Both the position numbers and the translations under genes were made by a program. From assembly GCA_015232575.1 (NCBI GenBank), contig JADFZL010000003.1:64001-128000 (forward strand): a stretch of 64,000 nt of DNA. Reading direction: 5' to 3'. Positions 20,187 through 30,376 of this stretch are shown piece after piece. The DNA is from Candidatus Rifleibacteriota bacterium (GTDB lineage: Bacteria > Muiribacteriota > Ozemobacteria > Ozemobacterales > Ozemobacteraceae). The notes under the pieces were generated by a model. It saw nothing but the letters and a program-made list of their open reading frames with translations, ran no database searches and was not told where the DNA came from. The first letter of the stretch is position 1. Every line of letters begins with the position of its first letter.

Positions 20187-20270
20187 TTTTTAAAATTTAT
20201 TGTTGCAAAGTATTGAGTTCTATGCGTATAATTCTTGTTAAATAAACCGAAACCAACCGGAGGAAAGCTG

Positions 20271-20723
20271 ATGCAACTGGTGGAATATTTCAAGGAAAAC
20301 TTGATCCTTCTTGATTTTGCTGCAAAAAATAAGGACGAAGCGCTTGAAGCAATGGTCAAAACGTTTGAGGCAGCGGGCGGCGTTGAAGATGTCAATGGAT
20401 TGCGAACTGCATTAATTGAACGAGAAAAACTGGGCACGACCGGAATTGGCGGAGGTATTGCGATTCCTCATGCCAGATGTGCTGCAGTTAAGGAAATAAT
20501 TGTTGGTTTCTTTCGATCCAAGGAAGGAATCCAATTTCAGGCAATAGATAACTTGCCGGTTAACATGATATTTTTGCTGGTTGCTCCAATTGCATCTGGC
20601 GGAGCATATTTGAAACTGCTTGCAAAAGTTTCACGACTTTTCCGATCTGATGAATTCAGAAATTCACTTATGGAAGCCAAAACACCGGCAGAAGTGATGG
20701 AAATTATCAAGCAGAGCGAGTAA
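20271..20723 (+). CDS. PTS EIIA (fructose/nitrogen-regulatory PtsN-type) domain protein, stand-alone
   Basis: 'GIGGGIAIPHARC' active-site His motif of PTS IIA-2; likely start ATG 20271 after GGAGGAAAG. Confidence 0.75.
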   Translation: MQLVEYFKENLILLDFAAKNKDEALEAMVKTFEAAGGVEDVNGLRTALIEREKLGTTGIGGGIAIPHARCAAVKEIIVGFFRSKEGIQFQAIDNLPVNMIFLLVAPIASGGAYLKLLAKVSRLFRSDEFRNSLMEAKTPAEVMEIIKQSE

Positions 20724-20724
20724 G

Positions 20725-21234
20725 GTGTTTAAAAATATCAGGCTTTCATTTTCAGTACTTCAATTTCCGGTTGTTTTTTTCTTTTTTTCTTTGTGCCTGA
20801 TTTTTTCACCTGATATCTGCGACGCCAAGAGTGAAGAAAAAGGTACTGCAAGCAGACTCGATAAGGCTTCAGCGAAGAAAAAGAGAGAAATAGGCCGTGA
20901 TAAGAAAGCCAAAAAGAAAGGTGACAAATCTGAGAAAGATGATTCAAAGAAGTCAGAAAAAACTGACGATGAAGAAAATCTCTTTTTAAAAGAAAAAGAA
21001 GAAACTCAGAGTTATCTTCCAGATTTGTTTCGCTGTCCAGAGTGTGGTTACGAGCAGGATGAAGCTGGAACTTGCCCAGATCATTCTGAAGTTGAGCTGA
21101 TTAATGTAAGGTCAAAAGGCAAAAATCCTCTCGAACCACAGGAATATGATGGAAATGAAGACATCCTGGTTGATGTTCAGCTTGATGATCTTCAATTCAA
21201 GAAGAAAGCTCCTGAAGCCGCCCCTGCCAATTAG
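20725..21234 (+). CDS. secreted K/E/D-rich protein with a C-terminal CPxCG...CPDH zinc-ribbon-like motif
   Basis: Hydrophobic signal-like N-terminus, highly charged low-complexity middle, 'CPECGYEQDEAGTCPDH' motif. Confidence 0.45.
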   Translation: MFKNIRLSFSVLQFPVVFFFFSLCLIFSPDICDAKSEEKGTASRLDKASAKKKREIGRDKKAKKKGDKSEKDDSKKSEKTDDEENLFLKEKEETQSYLPDLFRCPECGYEQDEAGTCPDHSEVELINVRSKGKNPLEPQEYDGNEDILVDVQLDDLQFKKKAPEAAPAN

Positions 21235-21266
21235 TCCGAAAAAAAAATCAGGATATGCATAATGGA

Positions 21267-23723
21267 CTAAGAATGGCCGTTTTCTTTTTTTAGAATCCGA
21301 GTTACCACGTTTTGCATTTCCTGAATGGTATAGGGTTTCGGGAGAATACCTTTGAAACCATAAGCTTTAAAGTTTGCCATTACGGGATCGTCAGCATACC
21401 CGCTGGAAACTATTACCCGTGTCTTCGGATCTATTGAGAGAATTTCCTTGATGGCTTCTTTTCCCCCAATTCCGCCCGGAACGGTCAAGTCCATGATTAT
21501 GACGGAAAATGCTTTCCCTTCATCAATAGCCTGTTTAAACTTATTTATCACTTCTCTTCCATCACTTGCGGTTTCCGCCATGTATCCTATTTTCCTCAGC
21601 ATATTTGAACCAAGGTTGCGTATCATTTCTTCGTCATCCATCAATAGTATTCTGGCAATTTGATTTATTGTGCAACTTTCAGATGAAAGTTCCTGTTCTG
21701 ATGATGATTTATTTGAATCTGAAGTGGGAAGATAAACAGTAAAGGTCGCTCCCTGGCCAAGTTTAGATTCTACTGTTATTGTTCCTTCGTGTTTATTTAT
21801 TATTGAGTGAGAAGTCGCAAGGCCAAGACCACTACCACATTTTTTTGTTGTGAAATACGGGTCGAATATCTGGTCAAGATTTTTCTGATCTATTCCGGGT
21901 CCTTCGTCTTTTATGGTAATTTTGATGTAGTTTCCCGTGGAAAGGTTGAGCAGAGAATTTTCTTCGATTTTTATATTTTCCAGAGTCACATACAAACGCC
22001 CGCCATTAGGCATGGCTTGTTTGGCATTGATAGTGATATTGGAAAGTACCTGTTGAATTTGTCCCTTGTCCACTTTGGTTGACCAAAGATCTTCTGGCTG
22101 CTTAAAAATCAGCATTACATTACTTCCTGAAAGGTCGAAGCGCACAGTTTCCTCAACGAGACTTCCAATACGGATGTTTTCTTTGACAGGTTCTCCACCT
22201 TTTGCAAATGTAAGTAATTGTTTCGTAAGAGACGTAGCCCGATCCATGGATTTTTCTGCATTTTCAAGAAAGCTAAATGCGGGATGTTCAGGGGAAATCT
22301 CTATTTTTGCCAGGGAAATATTTCCATACATTCCAGTCAGGAAATTGTTGAAATCATGAGCAATTCCGCCGGCCAAATTGCCGACACTTTGAAGTTTCTG
22401 AATTTTAAGGCGTTCCTCTTCGATTCGCTTTCGTTCGGTTATATCACGCACGATGGCCCACATATAGATTCCCAGGCCTTGTGTATCACGCAATAAAAAG
22501 GTCTTCAGTTCAACCGGGAAAACCGTTCCATCTTTTTTAATGTATTCTTTCTGATAAACATCGGAATAACCTCTAACAAGAATTTGCGTTTCTACAAGTT
22601 TTTTTTCAAGTTCATGCCAATGTTTAGGTGTTATATCCTGATAAGTGAGAGAAAGCGCTTCTTCTCTTGTATAGCCAATCAAATCAAGAAAGGATTTGTT
22701 TAAATCAACAATTTTTCCCGACATGGTTGTCTGTACAAAACAATCATTCATACTTTCATGGAGACGACGATACTTGATTTCACTTTCCCGCAACACATCT
22801 TCTGCCGAATAGCGTTTTTCCAGGAACTGCGTAATAACATAACCGGCCAGGAAACCTGAGTTTATAATGACTACCAGGGCTGTTATTTCATACGGTGAAA
22901 TGTGAAAAAAAGTTGAAAAAGAAAAATCTTCTTCCAGAAAAATCCTGTTGAAGGCCAATAATAAAAAACAGACAGCAAAAGAACTCAGTATGGTAGCTAT
23001 AAAAATAAGACCATTGTTTCTGGTCTCGGGTTTAACAGAAAATCCCAGCCTCGATTGAACTTCAGGAGTCAGGAGAATAAATGCGGAAAACAGTGTCATA
23101 AAATACATGATCACCGGACTTTTGAAGGCAATTCCACTGATGATCGTTGACGGCATGGAAATCTGAGAAAGAGGTGCCCATGAAGGCGGATTGTAAGAAA
23201 AAGCTACGGGATAGAAGAAATAAATCATCGCTGCGTAAAAAAAAGAAAAGGGAATCTGAACGATGAGAGGATTGTTCCATATACTCTGACAAATCTTGCG
23301 CTTTCTGGCGAAGTATCCCTGCCAGATGTAGAACATTAGATAACCCAGAGAAGTTACAACATTTGCCCATCCGTTATTTGACCAAATAAAAAAAGGGAAT
23401 AAAGCACCAAGTCCAATGGTTCCAGCTATGAAACCATATTTTTCACCATAGGCCAATGAAGCTATTAGAGGAAAGGCCTGTGACCAAACTATTGAGATCG
23501 AAAACTTTCCCTGAGCGAAATGAAGCGAATAGAAGGCACCACAAAAACCCATCAGCCCAAGAAAAAAAGAAACAGCCGTCTTTTTTAGTGTCGAAGGTGC
23601 TTGATCAAAGTCTGTTCTTGAAAAGGATTTTTCACTTGTTTGATTCAATATCAGGTAGTCCGGTCCTTCCGCATTCCATCTAACCCATAACAACTCAAAT
23701 TTTCCAGGACAACTTCGGAACAA
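21267..23723 (-). CDS. hybrid sensor histidine kinase (polytopic membrane domain, PAS, HisKA, HATPase_c, C-terminal receiver)
   Basis: Multiple TM helices; PAS region; H-box 'AHDFNNFLTGM'; G2-box 'GSGLGLA'; receiver 'VIIMDLTVPGG'. The true start may be downstream of the annotated one. Confidence 0.85.
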   Translation of the reverse strand: MFRSCPGKFELLWVRWNAEGPDYLILNQTSEKSFSRTDFDQAPSTLKKTAVSFFLGLMGFCGAFYSLHFAQGKFSISIVWSQAFPLIASLAYGEKYGFIAGTIGLGALFPFFIWSNNGWANVVTSLGYLMFYIWQGYFARKRKICQSIWNNPLIVQIPFSFFYAAMIYFFYPVAFSYNPPSWAPLSQISMPSTIISGIAFKSPVIMYFMTLFSAFILLTPEVQSRLGFSVKPETRNNGLIFIATILSSFAVCFLLLAFNRIFLEEDFSFSTFFHISPYEITALVVIINSGFLAGYVITQFLEKRYSAEDVLRESEIKYRRLHESMNDCFVQTTMSGKIVDLNKSFLDLIGYTREEALSLTYQDITPKHWHELEKKLVETQILVRGYSDVYQKEYIKKDGTVFPVELKTFLLRDTQGLGIYMWAIVRDITERKRIEEERLKIQKLQSVGNLAGGIAHDFNNFLTGMYGNISLAKIEISPEHPAFSFLENAEKSMDRATSLTKQLLTFAKGGEPVKENIRIGSLVEETVRFDLSGSNVMLIFKQPEDLWSTKVDKGQIQQVLSNITINAKQAMPNGGRLYVTLENIKIEENSLLNLSTGNYIKITIKDEGPGIDQKNLDQIFDPYFTTKKCGSGLGLATSHSIINKHEGTITVESKLGQGATFTVYLPTSDSNKSSSEQELSSESCTINQIARILLMDDEEMIRNLGSNMLRKIGYMAETASDGREVINKFKQAIDEGKAFSVIIMDLTVPGGIGGKEAIKEILSIDPKTRVIVSSGYADDPVMANFKAYGFKGILPKPYTIQEMQNVVTRILKKENGHS

Positions 23724-23874
23724 CGCTTGTATAAATTCCTATCCCTGACAAAGAAACTCAGGGTGATCAAGATGGCGGCGAATAAGTCGTTCTACAATTA
23801 CCTTGATAAGAAAATTGAATAATATAATTACTATATAGCACACTAATAATTTCTTGACAATATTTTTTGATTCT

Positions 23875-25266
23875 TTATAATCCAAGTTGAAGCATCAAGA
23901 TCTGTGATACTCCGTTTCTTACGATATTGAATATCAACTTCCCTTTTGGAGTAATCTTTTCCATTACCTTTGAGAAAGTTTGTACATTTCCGGTTGGAAA
24001 TCCGTTTATTTCACGAATTATATCTCCTGGTTGAAGACCGATGCTTGCAGCAAGTGTCCGGCTCTTGATTGCAGTTATTACAACGCCTTCGATTAATGGT
24101 ATTCCATAGTATTCGCACAATTCTTCGCTGACATTTTGTACAACGACTCCAAGAAAATTCTTTTCGGATTTTTCAACATTTCTGGCAGGTGTGAAATCTT
24201 GTACAGACACTTTTACGGTTGAGGTCTTTCCTTTTCTTCTTACTTCAAGCAGCATAAATTCCCCTTCGCTGCGTTTGTTCTGCTGTTCCATAAATTCAGA
24301 AACTTTACTTAGCTTCTTCCCATCAGCTGAAAGCAGGACATCGCCGGGAGATATTCCACTCTTCATACCTGTACTGTTTTCTTTAACTTCTGTTACCAGC
24401 AATCCTTCCATTGGAATCTGTAAGTACTCAGCAAGAGCTTCATTTAATTCCTGAACAGATATTCCAGTGCCTGTTTGTCTGACAGTACCGAATGACAGCA
24501 GATCTTTAATAATTTTTTTCGCCGAACTAACTGGAATGGCAAAACCTATGCCTTGTCCATAAGGAATAATAGCTGTATTAATTCCGATTACTTCACCATT
24601 TGTACTTAGAAGCGGCCCGCCAGAATTGCCCGGATTAATTGAAGCGTCTGTCTGAATGAAGTTTCTGAAAGTGCGATTTCTGTCGATTGATAATTCTCTT
24701 CCTTTGGCTGAAATGACTCCAGCAGTGACGGTTATTCCAAGTCCAAATGGATTTCCAATTGCAGCGACCCATTCACCAACTCTGATTTTATCTGAGTCAC
24801 CAAGAACGGCATAAGGAAAACTTTCAGTTGATTCGATTTTCAAAACAGCCAGGTCACTCTCTTTGTCCTGTCCAACCACAGATGCTTTGTATTTTTTTCC
24901 ATCCTGGAGTGTAACCTGAATTTCATCGGCATCTGAAATTACGTGTTGATTTGTCAGAAGGTTGCCGGTGGCGTCAATAATTACACCTGAACCACTGCCG
25001 CGCTTTGGAATAACATTGTTTCTGAATGAATCAGATTCGCTGTCAAAAAAATGTTCGAAAAGACGGTCAAAAAATGGATCCTGAAAACCCTGAAAACGCC
25101 TGGTTCTGACATATTGTACTGATTCGATTGATACTACAGCCGGACTCACCTTTTCAGCAACATCAGCAATAAGTGACGTTCCAAAAAGGTCAGCCGGGGC
25201 AGAATAAATTTGCGAGGAAAAGACAAAGACTATTAATATGCTGGTTAAAATGAGCTTTTTAATCAT
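23875..25266 (-). CDS. HtrA/DegP-family periplasmic serine endoprotease with two PDZ domains
   Basis: Signal peptide; trypsin-like triad motifs 'TNQHVI', 'DLAVLKI', 'GNSGGPL'; two C-terminal PDZ domains. Confidence 0.9.
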   Translation of the reverse strand: MIKKLILTSILIVFVFSSQIYSAPADLFGTSLIADVAEKVSPAVVSIESVQYVRTRRFQGFQDPFFDRLFEHFFDSESDSFRNNVIPKRGSGSGVIIDATGNLLTNQHVISDADEIQVTLQDGKKYKASVVGQDKESDLAVLKIESTESFPYAVLGDSDKIRVGEWVAAIGNPFGLGITVTAGVISAKGRELSIDRNRTFRNFIQTDASINPGNSGGPLLSTNGEVIGINTAIIPYGQGIGFAIPVSSAKKIIKDLLSFGTVRQTGTGISVQELNEALAEYLQIPMEGLLVTEVKENSTGMKSGISPGDVLLSADGKKLSKVSEFMEQQNKRSEGEFMLLEVRRKGKTSTVKVSVQDFTPARNVEKSEKNFLGVVVQNVSEELCEYYGIPLIEGVVITAIKSRTLAASIGLQPGDIIREINGFPTGNVQTFSKVMEKITPKGKLIFNIVRNGVSQILMLQLGL

Positions 25267-25296
25267 ATTATTACTCCGGAATAAAATTGTGTCAGG

Positions 25297-25926
25297 CTAT
25301 TGGTTAGATCTGCTGAATCTTACCACAGCTCCTTCTATTTTCTTTCTCGAATTTTGCTGGGCTTCTGGATGCATTCGGTTAAAGAAGTCAAGCTTTTTTC
25401 TGAAATCTGAAATTTCCTGAGTAGTAAGTGTGACAAGTTCAGATGACTCAGTTAAAAGACTATCTGATACTTTCTCTTTCAAAACAGGGTGCTTGGAAGA
25501 ATTAGAAGAACTGCTGATAGACTTTGCCATCAGTGCCTTACTTTTATGAAAATCGGTCGAAATCCCATCGCGACTTCCTGAAAATCCGGCAAAAAATATC
25601 AATGCTATACCGGCAGTTGCAAAACCGTATTCAAGGGGCTTCAGCAATCTGTCAAAAATTGATTCAGGAATCGAATCATTTTCTTTTTCTATTTCTTCTG
25701 TTGTTTGAATATTTGCTGAAATCAGGCTGGCAAGTATTTCTGGAGTATCTACCGGTGAAATTTCAGTAATGGCGTGATTAATTTCACAACGAACTTTCAG
25801 AACTTCCCTGCAACTCTGGCAATGTTGAACATGTGCTGAAATAGACAAATCAAAGCATTGTTCAATATTTTCTATATCATCTGGTTCATTCTCTTCAAGC
25901 CAGTCGAGTAATCGATTACACTTCAT
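25297..25926 (-). CDS. anti-sigma factor, zf-HC2 type
   Basis: 'HVQHCQSCRE' zinc-finger motif; start overlaps the sigma-factor stop; central TM helix. Confidence 0.6.
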   Translation of the reverse strand: MKCNRLLDWLEENEPDDIENIEQCFDLSISAHVQHCQSCREVLKVRCEINHAITEISPVDTPEILASLISANIQTTEEIEKENDSIPESIFDRLLKPLEYGFATAGIALIFFAGFSGSRDGISTDFHKSKALMAKSISSSSNSSKHPVLKEKVSDSLLTESSELVTLTTQEISDFRKKLDFFNRMHPEAQQNSRKKIEGAVVRFSRSNQ

Positions 25927-26558
25927 ACGCTGTACCTCTTCTTATAAAAACTTTCCAGTGATTCATGAAGCAAACGCCTTCCGCGATTAATTCGTGACTT
26001 AACAGTACCTTCTTTCAGATCAAGCACTTCTGCAATCTGGTCAATACTCATTCCTTCAATATCTTTAAGTACAAGTGGGAGTTTATAGACTTCGGGGAGT
26101 TTTGATATTTTTTCTTTTACTACCTCCTGTGCTTCGGCTTTTTTTTCTCTGTCAATAAGAATTTCTTCAGGACCCGGGTTAGAAGGCGACGAAAACCAGT
26201 CAAGAAAATATTGAATTATAGATTTATTTTTTTTACTTTTCTCTGCTGCCAACGAAGAACATGTGTTTGCAGTAATCTTGAGCAGCCACGTTTTGAGAGA
26301 TGATCGACCTTCAAAACCTTTGAGTGCTCTGAACGCTTTTACAAAAACTTCCTGAGACACATCCATTGCATCTTCCTGATTGTTGAAATACCTGTAAGCC
26401 AATCTATAGACGTGCTGCTGGTATTTTTGCACAATCTGGTCAAAAGCTTTTGCGTTCCCATTTTTCGCAGATTCAAGAACTTCCAGTTCATTCAGCATAT
26501 CCTGACCGTTTTTATCTTTTATTGAATTAGACAATTGATTATTTTGAAAAGTTCCCAT
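25923..26558 (-). CDS. ECF-type RNA polymerase sigma-70 factor (sigma-E-like, upstream of anti-sigma and htrA)
   Basis: Region 2 'VFVKAFRALKGFEG', region 4 'EGMSIDQIAEVLDLKEGTVKSRINRGRRLL'. Confidence 0.85.
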   Translation of the reverse strand: MGTFQNNQLSNSIKDKNGQDMLNELEVLESAKNGNAKAFDQIVQKYQQHVYRLAYRYFNNQEDAMDVSQEVFVKAFRALKGFEGRSSLKTWLLKITANTCSSLAAEKSKKNKSIIQYFLDWFSSPSNPGPEEILIDREKKAEAQEVVKEKISKLPEVYKLPLVLKDIEGMSIDQIAEVLDLKEGTVKSRINRGRRLLHESLESFYKKRYSV

Positions 26559-26564
26559 TTTTTT

Positions 26565-27101
26565 TTACCAGACGAAAAAAGGAATTGTAACGGAATGTTT
26601 TGTTGTTTTTCCAGGTGAAACGTGTATCTGAAATGTTTTTGATTTCCATTTAATGTCTCTGGAAATGAATCCTTCACAGAAACATTTGACAGTAATGAAA
26701 TGATAACCCGGCGGAAGAGGAATTTTTTGAAAGCAGAATTTCCTCATGCGAAAAAGCTCTAATACGCCGGGGTCACCTTTATTCAGGCATGCCAGAGGGT
26801 CATCTGACGCCCATATTTCAGTTCTTATAGCCATTTTTGAAAAGTTATTAACCGTTTTTTCGAGAAGAGTGTCTACTGTTACTTCAAAGTATCCCAGATT
26901 ACAATCGTCGTTGGAAATAGGCGAATTTTTATCAGCGTCCCCGACATTTGAGATCACGGGCGCCAGAGAGCCGACCGCAGCCGATAATCCTGAATTTATC
27001 AGGTCAGAGATTGGATTATTTATTTCTTCAGATGCAGAAAGAATTGAAGAAGAAAATGTCAGAGCAAGAATAATCAAATAAACAAAAGTTTTGACAGACA
27101 C
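26565..27101 (-). CDS. hypothetical secreted protein
   Basis: Signal peptide-like N-terminus; tight spacing with the HD-GYP and sigma genes. Confidence 0.45.
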   Translation of the reverse strand: MSVKTFVYLIILALTFSSSILSASEEINNPISDLINSGLSAAVGSLAPVISNVGDADKNSPISNDDCNLGYFEVTVDTLLEKTVNNFSKMAIRTEIWASDDPLACLNKGDPGVLELFRMRKFCFQKIPLPPGYHFITVKCFCEGFISRDIKWKSKTFQIHVSPGKTTKHSVTIPFFVW

Positions 27102-27103
27102 GA

Positions 27104-28366
27104 TTATGAAAGAAACTGCCTTTTAAGTGATGATTTACTGAGGCTTTCAACACTTGCCGGACCCAGAATATAAAGATCTTTTTCATTCATGAGATTCACA
27201 ACTTCTCTTTTCTTCAGAATATGTCCGTCAGATGATTTTAGAACTTTTACTGTTGGTCTTAACACACTTTTCGAATTTGACTTTATGACGAGGGCAACAG
27301 AGTTATTATTTAAATGAACGAGGCTGCCTGATGGAAAAAGAGAGAATCTCCTGATAAAGGCTTTGAGAACTGTCGGATTAAAGTGGGTTTCTACCTGACT
27401 CAGAATGCTTTTTATTGCTGTATAAGGTGGCATTGCATTTCGATATGGACGGTCTGTTGTGAGAGCATCATAGACATCTGCAATCGCTGTAATTCTTGAA
27501 AACAGTGATATTTCGTCACCTTTCAGGTTATGTGGATAACCATGCCCTCCGTGCTTTTCATGATGCTGTAATGAAATTTGTTTGACAATTTCCGGAAAAT
27601 TCTGTGACATTGAAAGGATTTCGTATCCAAGATTTGAATGGCTCTTAATAAGATTGAATTCGCTGTCAGTGAGTTTTCCATCTTTATTGATAATTTCGAG
27701 TGGAATCTTAAGTTTTCCAATGTCATGCATCATTGCGCCAAGCGCAAGGTTTAATAGACTTTCCTCGTTTAGACCAAGCTCCTGACCAATTATTACAGCC
27801 AGAGTGGAAACGTTTATATTGTGAGTGAATGTATAGTCGTCAAAAGATTTTATGTCCAGCAGATTAGTAACGGCATCGGGATGCCTTGTAATGTCATAAA
27901 CAAATTTTTCTGCAATGTTACGCGCAGCAGAAGCATTAATTTCGAGTCCATTCTGAATGTTCGAAATAACACCGCTCATTACTTCAAATGCTTCGATGTG
28001 ATTCCGCTTATCGATTACAACTTCTTCGTCCTGAATGAAATTTTTTATTTCAGGAAAACTTCCGCTGAGGATTTCAAGGGAATCAGCTGTTCCAGCTACG
28101 TTTTCAGAGTCTTCGATATCGGTGATCTGGAAATTAGTTAAAAGGAAATCACGGGAATCGGCCGTTCTAAGAAAAAGATCTTTTCTTATCAGAAGTGCTT
28201 CCACATCATACATGCACTCAAGTCCCTTCATTACAAAACTTGAGCCGCTTGCATTGCTCTGAAGAGTTGCAGAAGGAACCCATGCAAAGCTGGCGCATGT
28301 TCCAATCATTGAATAACCGGTAAAAATTGAAACACCTTCAATTGTCAGAGATTCCAGAATTTCCAT
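27104..28366 (-). CDS. HD-GYP domain c-di-GMP phosphodiesterase-like protein with an N-terminal unknown sensor domain
   Basis: 'MHDIGKL' HD motif and 'HHEKHGGHGYPHNLKG...DVYDALTTDRPYR' HD-GYP signature. Confidence 0.85.
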   Translation of the reverse strand: MEILESLTIEGVSIFTGYSMIGTCASFAWVPSATLQSNASGSSFVMKGLECMYDVEALLIRKDLFLRTADSRDFLLTNFQITDIEDSENVAGTADSLEILSGSFPEIKNFIQDEEVVIDKRNHIEAFEVMSGVISNIQNGLEINASAARNIAEKFVYDITRHPDAVTNLLDIKSFDDYTFTHNINVSTLAVIIGQELGLNEESLLNLALGAMMHDIGKLKIPLEIINKDGKLTDSEFNLIKSHSNLGYEILSMSQNFPEIVKQISLQHHEKHGGHGYPHNLKGDEISLFSRITAIADVYDALTTDRPYRNAMPPYTAIKSILSQVETHFNPTVLKAFIRRFSLFPSGSLVHLNNNSVALVIKSNSKSVLRPTVKVLKSSDGHILKKREVVNLMNEKDLYILGPASVESLSKSSLKRQFLS

Positions 28367-28610
28367 AAGACCACCTTTCCGCGGCTAGTATATCAGGTAA
28401 TCGGTGAATGTGTCAAAGCCATAATCTGATGTTTTTTAAGCATTATCAAGTTTCTATATCAATGTTGATTGAAGAATTCCAATTCTTAATGACATTACAT
28501 TATTGATTCAAGTGAATTCAAAATATACAAAATATGATAATTGTGATAACATATTTTTTGAAATCTTTTCATGTACAATGATTGTAATAATGAATTCGAG
28601 GGAAGTCGAA

Positions 28611-29081
28611 ATGAATGATTTGATGACAATAATTGAATGGTGGGTTGTACCAATTCTTCTTTTTTATTATCTTCTTTTTCTTTTGTTTTTCACTCCGCCT
28701 GAAAATGCAAATGAATTAATAAAAGTGTCATCAAAATACGGAAAAAGTGCCGGTTTTGTAATTCTTGCTTTTTTTATTATCAGTCGAAAATCTTCACAAG
28801 ATGTTTTTTCTTTTCAGATTCCATCGTATCAGTTCGAATATTTTTCTACTTTTGCTGCTACTTTGATAGGTTTTCTATTATTTTTCTCGTTCAGAAAGTT
28901 TCAGGAAACAAGACTGATGGGATTAATTTCTTTTATTCTGACTTCTGCTGTTACAATAACGATTTATTGTTACTTCTTTATCAATGAAACTCGTAGTACA
29001 ATAGTTTTCTGGGCGCTGGGAATAACCCTTGGAAATATGCTTAAGAAAATGACCTTCCCAGAAGTCGATACAGTTAAATAG
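28611..29081 (+). CDS. small polytopic membrane protein (hypothetical)
   Basis: Several hydrophobic helices; start chosen at ATG 28611 (MNDLMTIIEWW); the upstream part of the track ORF looks non-coding. Confidence 0.4.
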   Translation: MNDLMTIIEWWVVPILLFYYLLFLLFFTPPENANELIKVSSKYGKSAGFVILAFFIISRKSSQDVFSFQIPSYQFEYFSTFAATLIGFLLFFSFRKFQETRLMGLISFILTSAVTITIYCYFFINETRSTIVFWALGITLGNMLKKMTFPEVDTVK

Positions 29082-29172
29082 GACTTTTTCTGCAATTTGC
29101 ATAAGTATTTTGTTGATGTTATAGTAGAATAATCGGTTTTTCTAATAATTTTCTAAAAATTGGAGGGATTGG

Positions 29173-30297
29173 ATGAAAAGAAGCGTTTCCTTTAAACTGT
29201 TGGTTTGTTTTTTTCTGGTCATTTCGTTCATGGCAGGTGCTGAACCCAGTGCTTTTGTTAATGATCCACGCGATTTACAATTGATTGATTTGGCTGGAGT
29301 CGCCAAATATCTTGAAAAAGACCTTGATCTCGACAAGGGCATTGTTGATCTTATCGGCAAGGAAGTAATTAACAGCAAGTTCAGACAGGCTGGAATTCCT
29401 GATCCTGCAAAAGAAAGCCTGAGCTATGGAATCGTAGCGCGTGAAGGTTCCACAGAAAATCTAAGTTTAGTTTTCATTCTCAAGGGAAACGTTGACCAGG
29501 CAAAATTTCTGAAATTTGCAGAAAAGCGCTATCAGAAATATTTTGAAACACTTAAATCTCAGAATATTATTGATAAAGAGAAATATTCCTGTACTATCAA
29601 TATTGGCGAGAAAAGTGCGAGACTTTTTCCATTTGCTTTCAGAAATAGTGAGGCAGTCGTATTAAGCTTCAATGATTATACGCTCATTGCAACAGTCCCC
29701 CAGGGCGATTATTCTATTTTAAATGATACAATTGCCGTTCTTGAAGGGAAGGTTCAGAAAAATTCAAAGCAACCTGAGCGTTTTGCATTCCTTGCAGCTT
29801 TTTCACCAATTCCACAGGAACGTGAAGAGATTCTCAATTTCGAAAACAGATATGAAGGATTTGCAGCTCGTACAAAAAAAAGATTTTCAAAAATTATTAA
29901 TCCACAGAAATTTGAAGACACCGTTTCACATGAAAATCTCGAAAAGAATCTGAAATCAGCTTTGTCGAAAATTGAGCGTTTCTCTTATGAAGTTTCATCA
30001 AGCCGCAAGGGTGAAGGCTTTGCTTATGAAATTAACCTTCTTTTCAAGTGCTCAGAAAAAAAACAAGCGTCAAAACTTCGCGAAATGTTTCTGGAATGGC
30101 TGCTTAATAACTCTGAAAAGAATGTTTCCACCCAGGATCTTGCTTCATTACGCAAGAATAAAGTTCTTGTACAGGATAACACATGCATATATCAAATTCG
30201 TCTTGGTTCATCAGACGAAGAGCAGTGGCAGTTCTCATCAACTCTCATTTCACTCATGTTTCAGGACAGAAGATTTCACAGTATTTTCAAGGGATAG
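29173..30297 (+). CDS. hypothetical secreted/lipoprotein-like protein
   Basis: RBS GGAGGGATTGG before ATG; signal peptide 'LLVCFFLVISFMAGA'. Confidence 0.5.
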   Translation: MKRSVSFKLLVCFFLVISFMAGAEPSAFVNDPRDLQLIDLAGVAKYLEKDLDLDKGIVDLIGKEVINSKFRQAGIPDPAKESLSYGIVAREGSTENLSLVFILKGNVDQAKFLKFAEKRYQKYFETLKSQNIIDKEKYSCTINIGEKSARLFPFAFRNSEAVVLSFNDYTLIATVPQGDYSILNDTIAVLEGKVQKNSKQPERFAFLAAFSPIPQEREEILNFENRYEGFAARTKKRFSKIINPQKFEDTVSHENLEKNLKSALSKIERFSYEVSSSRKGEGFAYEINLLFKCSEKKQASKLREMFLEWLLNNSEKNVSTQDLASLRKNKVLVQDNTCIYQIRLGSSDEEQWQFSSTLISLMFQDRRFHSIFKG

Positions 30298-30318
30298 TAT
30301 ATTTTTAAACGTGTAATA

Positions 30319-30351
30319 CAATAAAAGCCTGCTTCTTGCAGGCTTTTATTG
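30319..30351. terminator. bidirectional rho-independent terminator (CAATAAAAGCCTGC-TTCTT-GCAGGCTTTTATTG)
   Basis: Perfect 14-bp stem flanked by A/T runs between convergent genes. Confidence 0.8.
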
Positions 30352-30376
30352 TATATCGCACGCTTTTGAAAAAAAA

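Noticed and set aside
21234-21300. Possible terminator hairpin between the convergent zinc-ribbon and kinase genes
   Set aside because: Only a 6-7-bp stem with a ~25-nt loop. Too weak to call.
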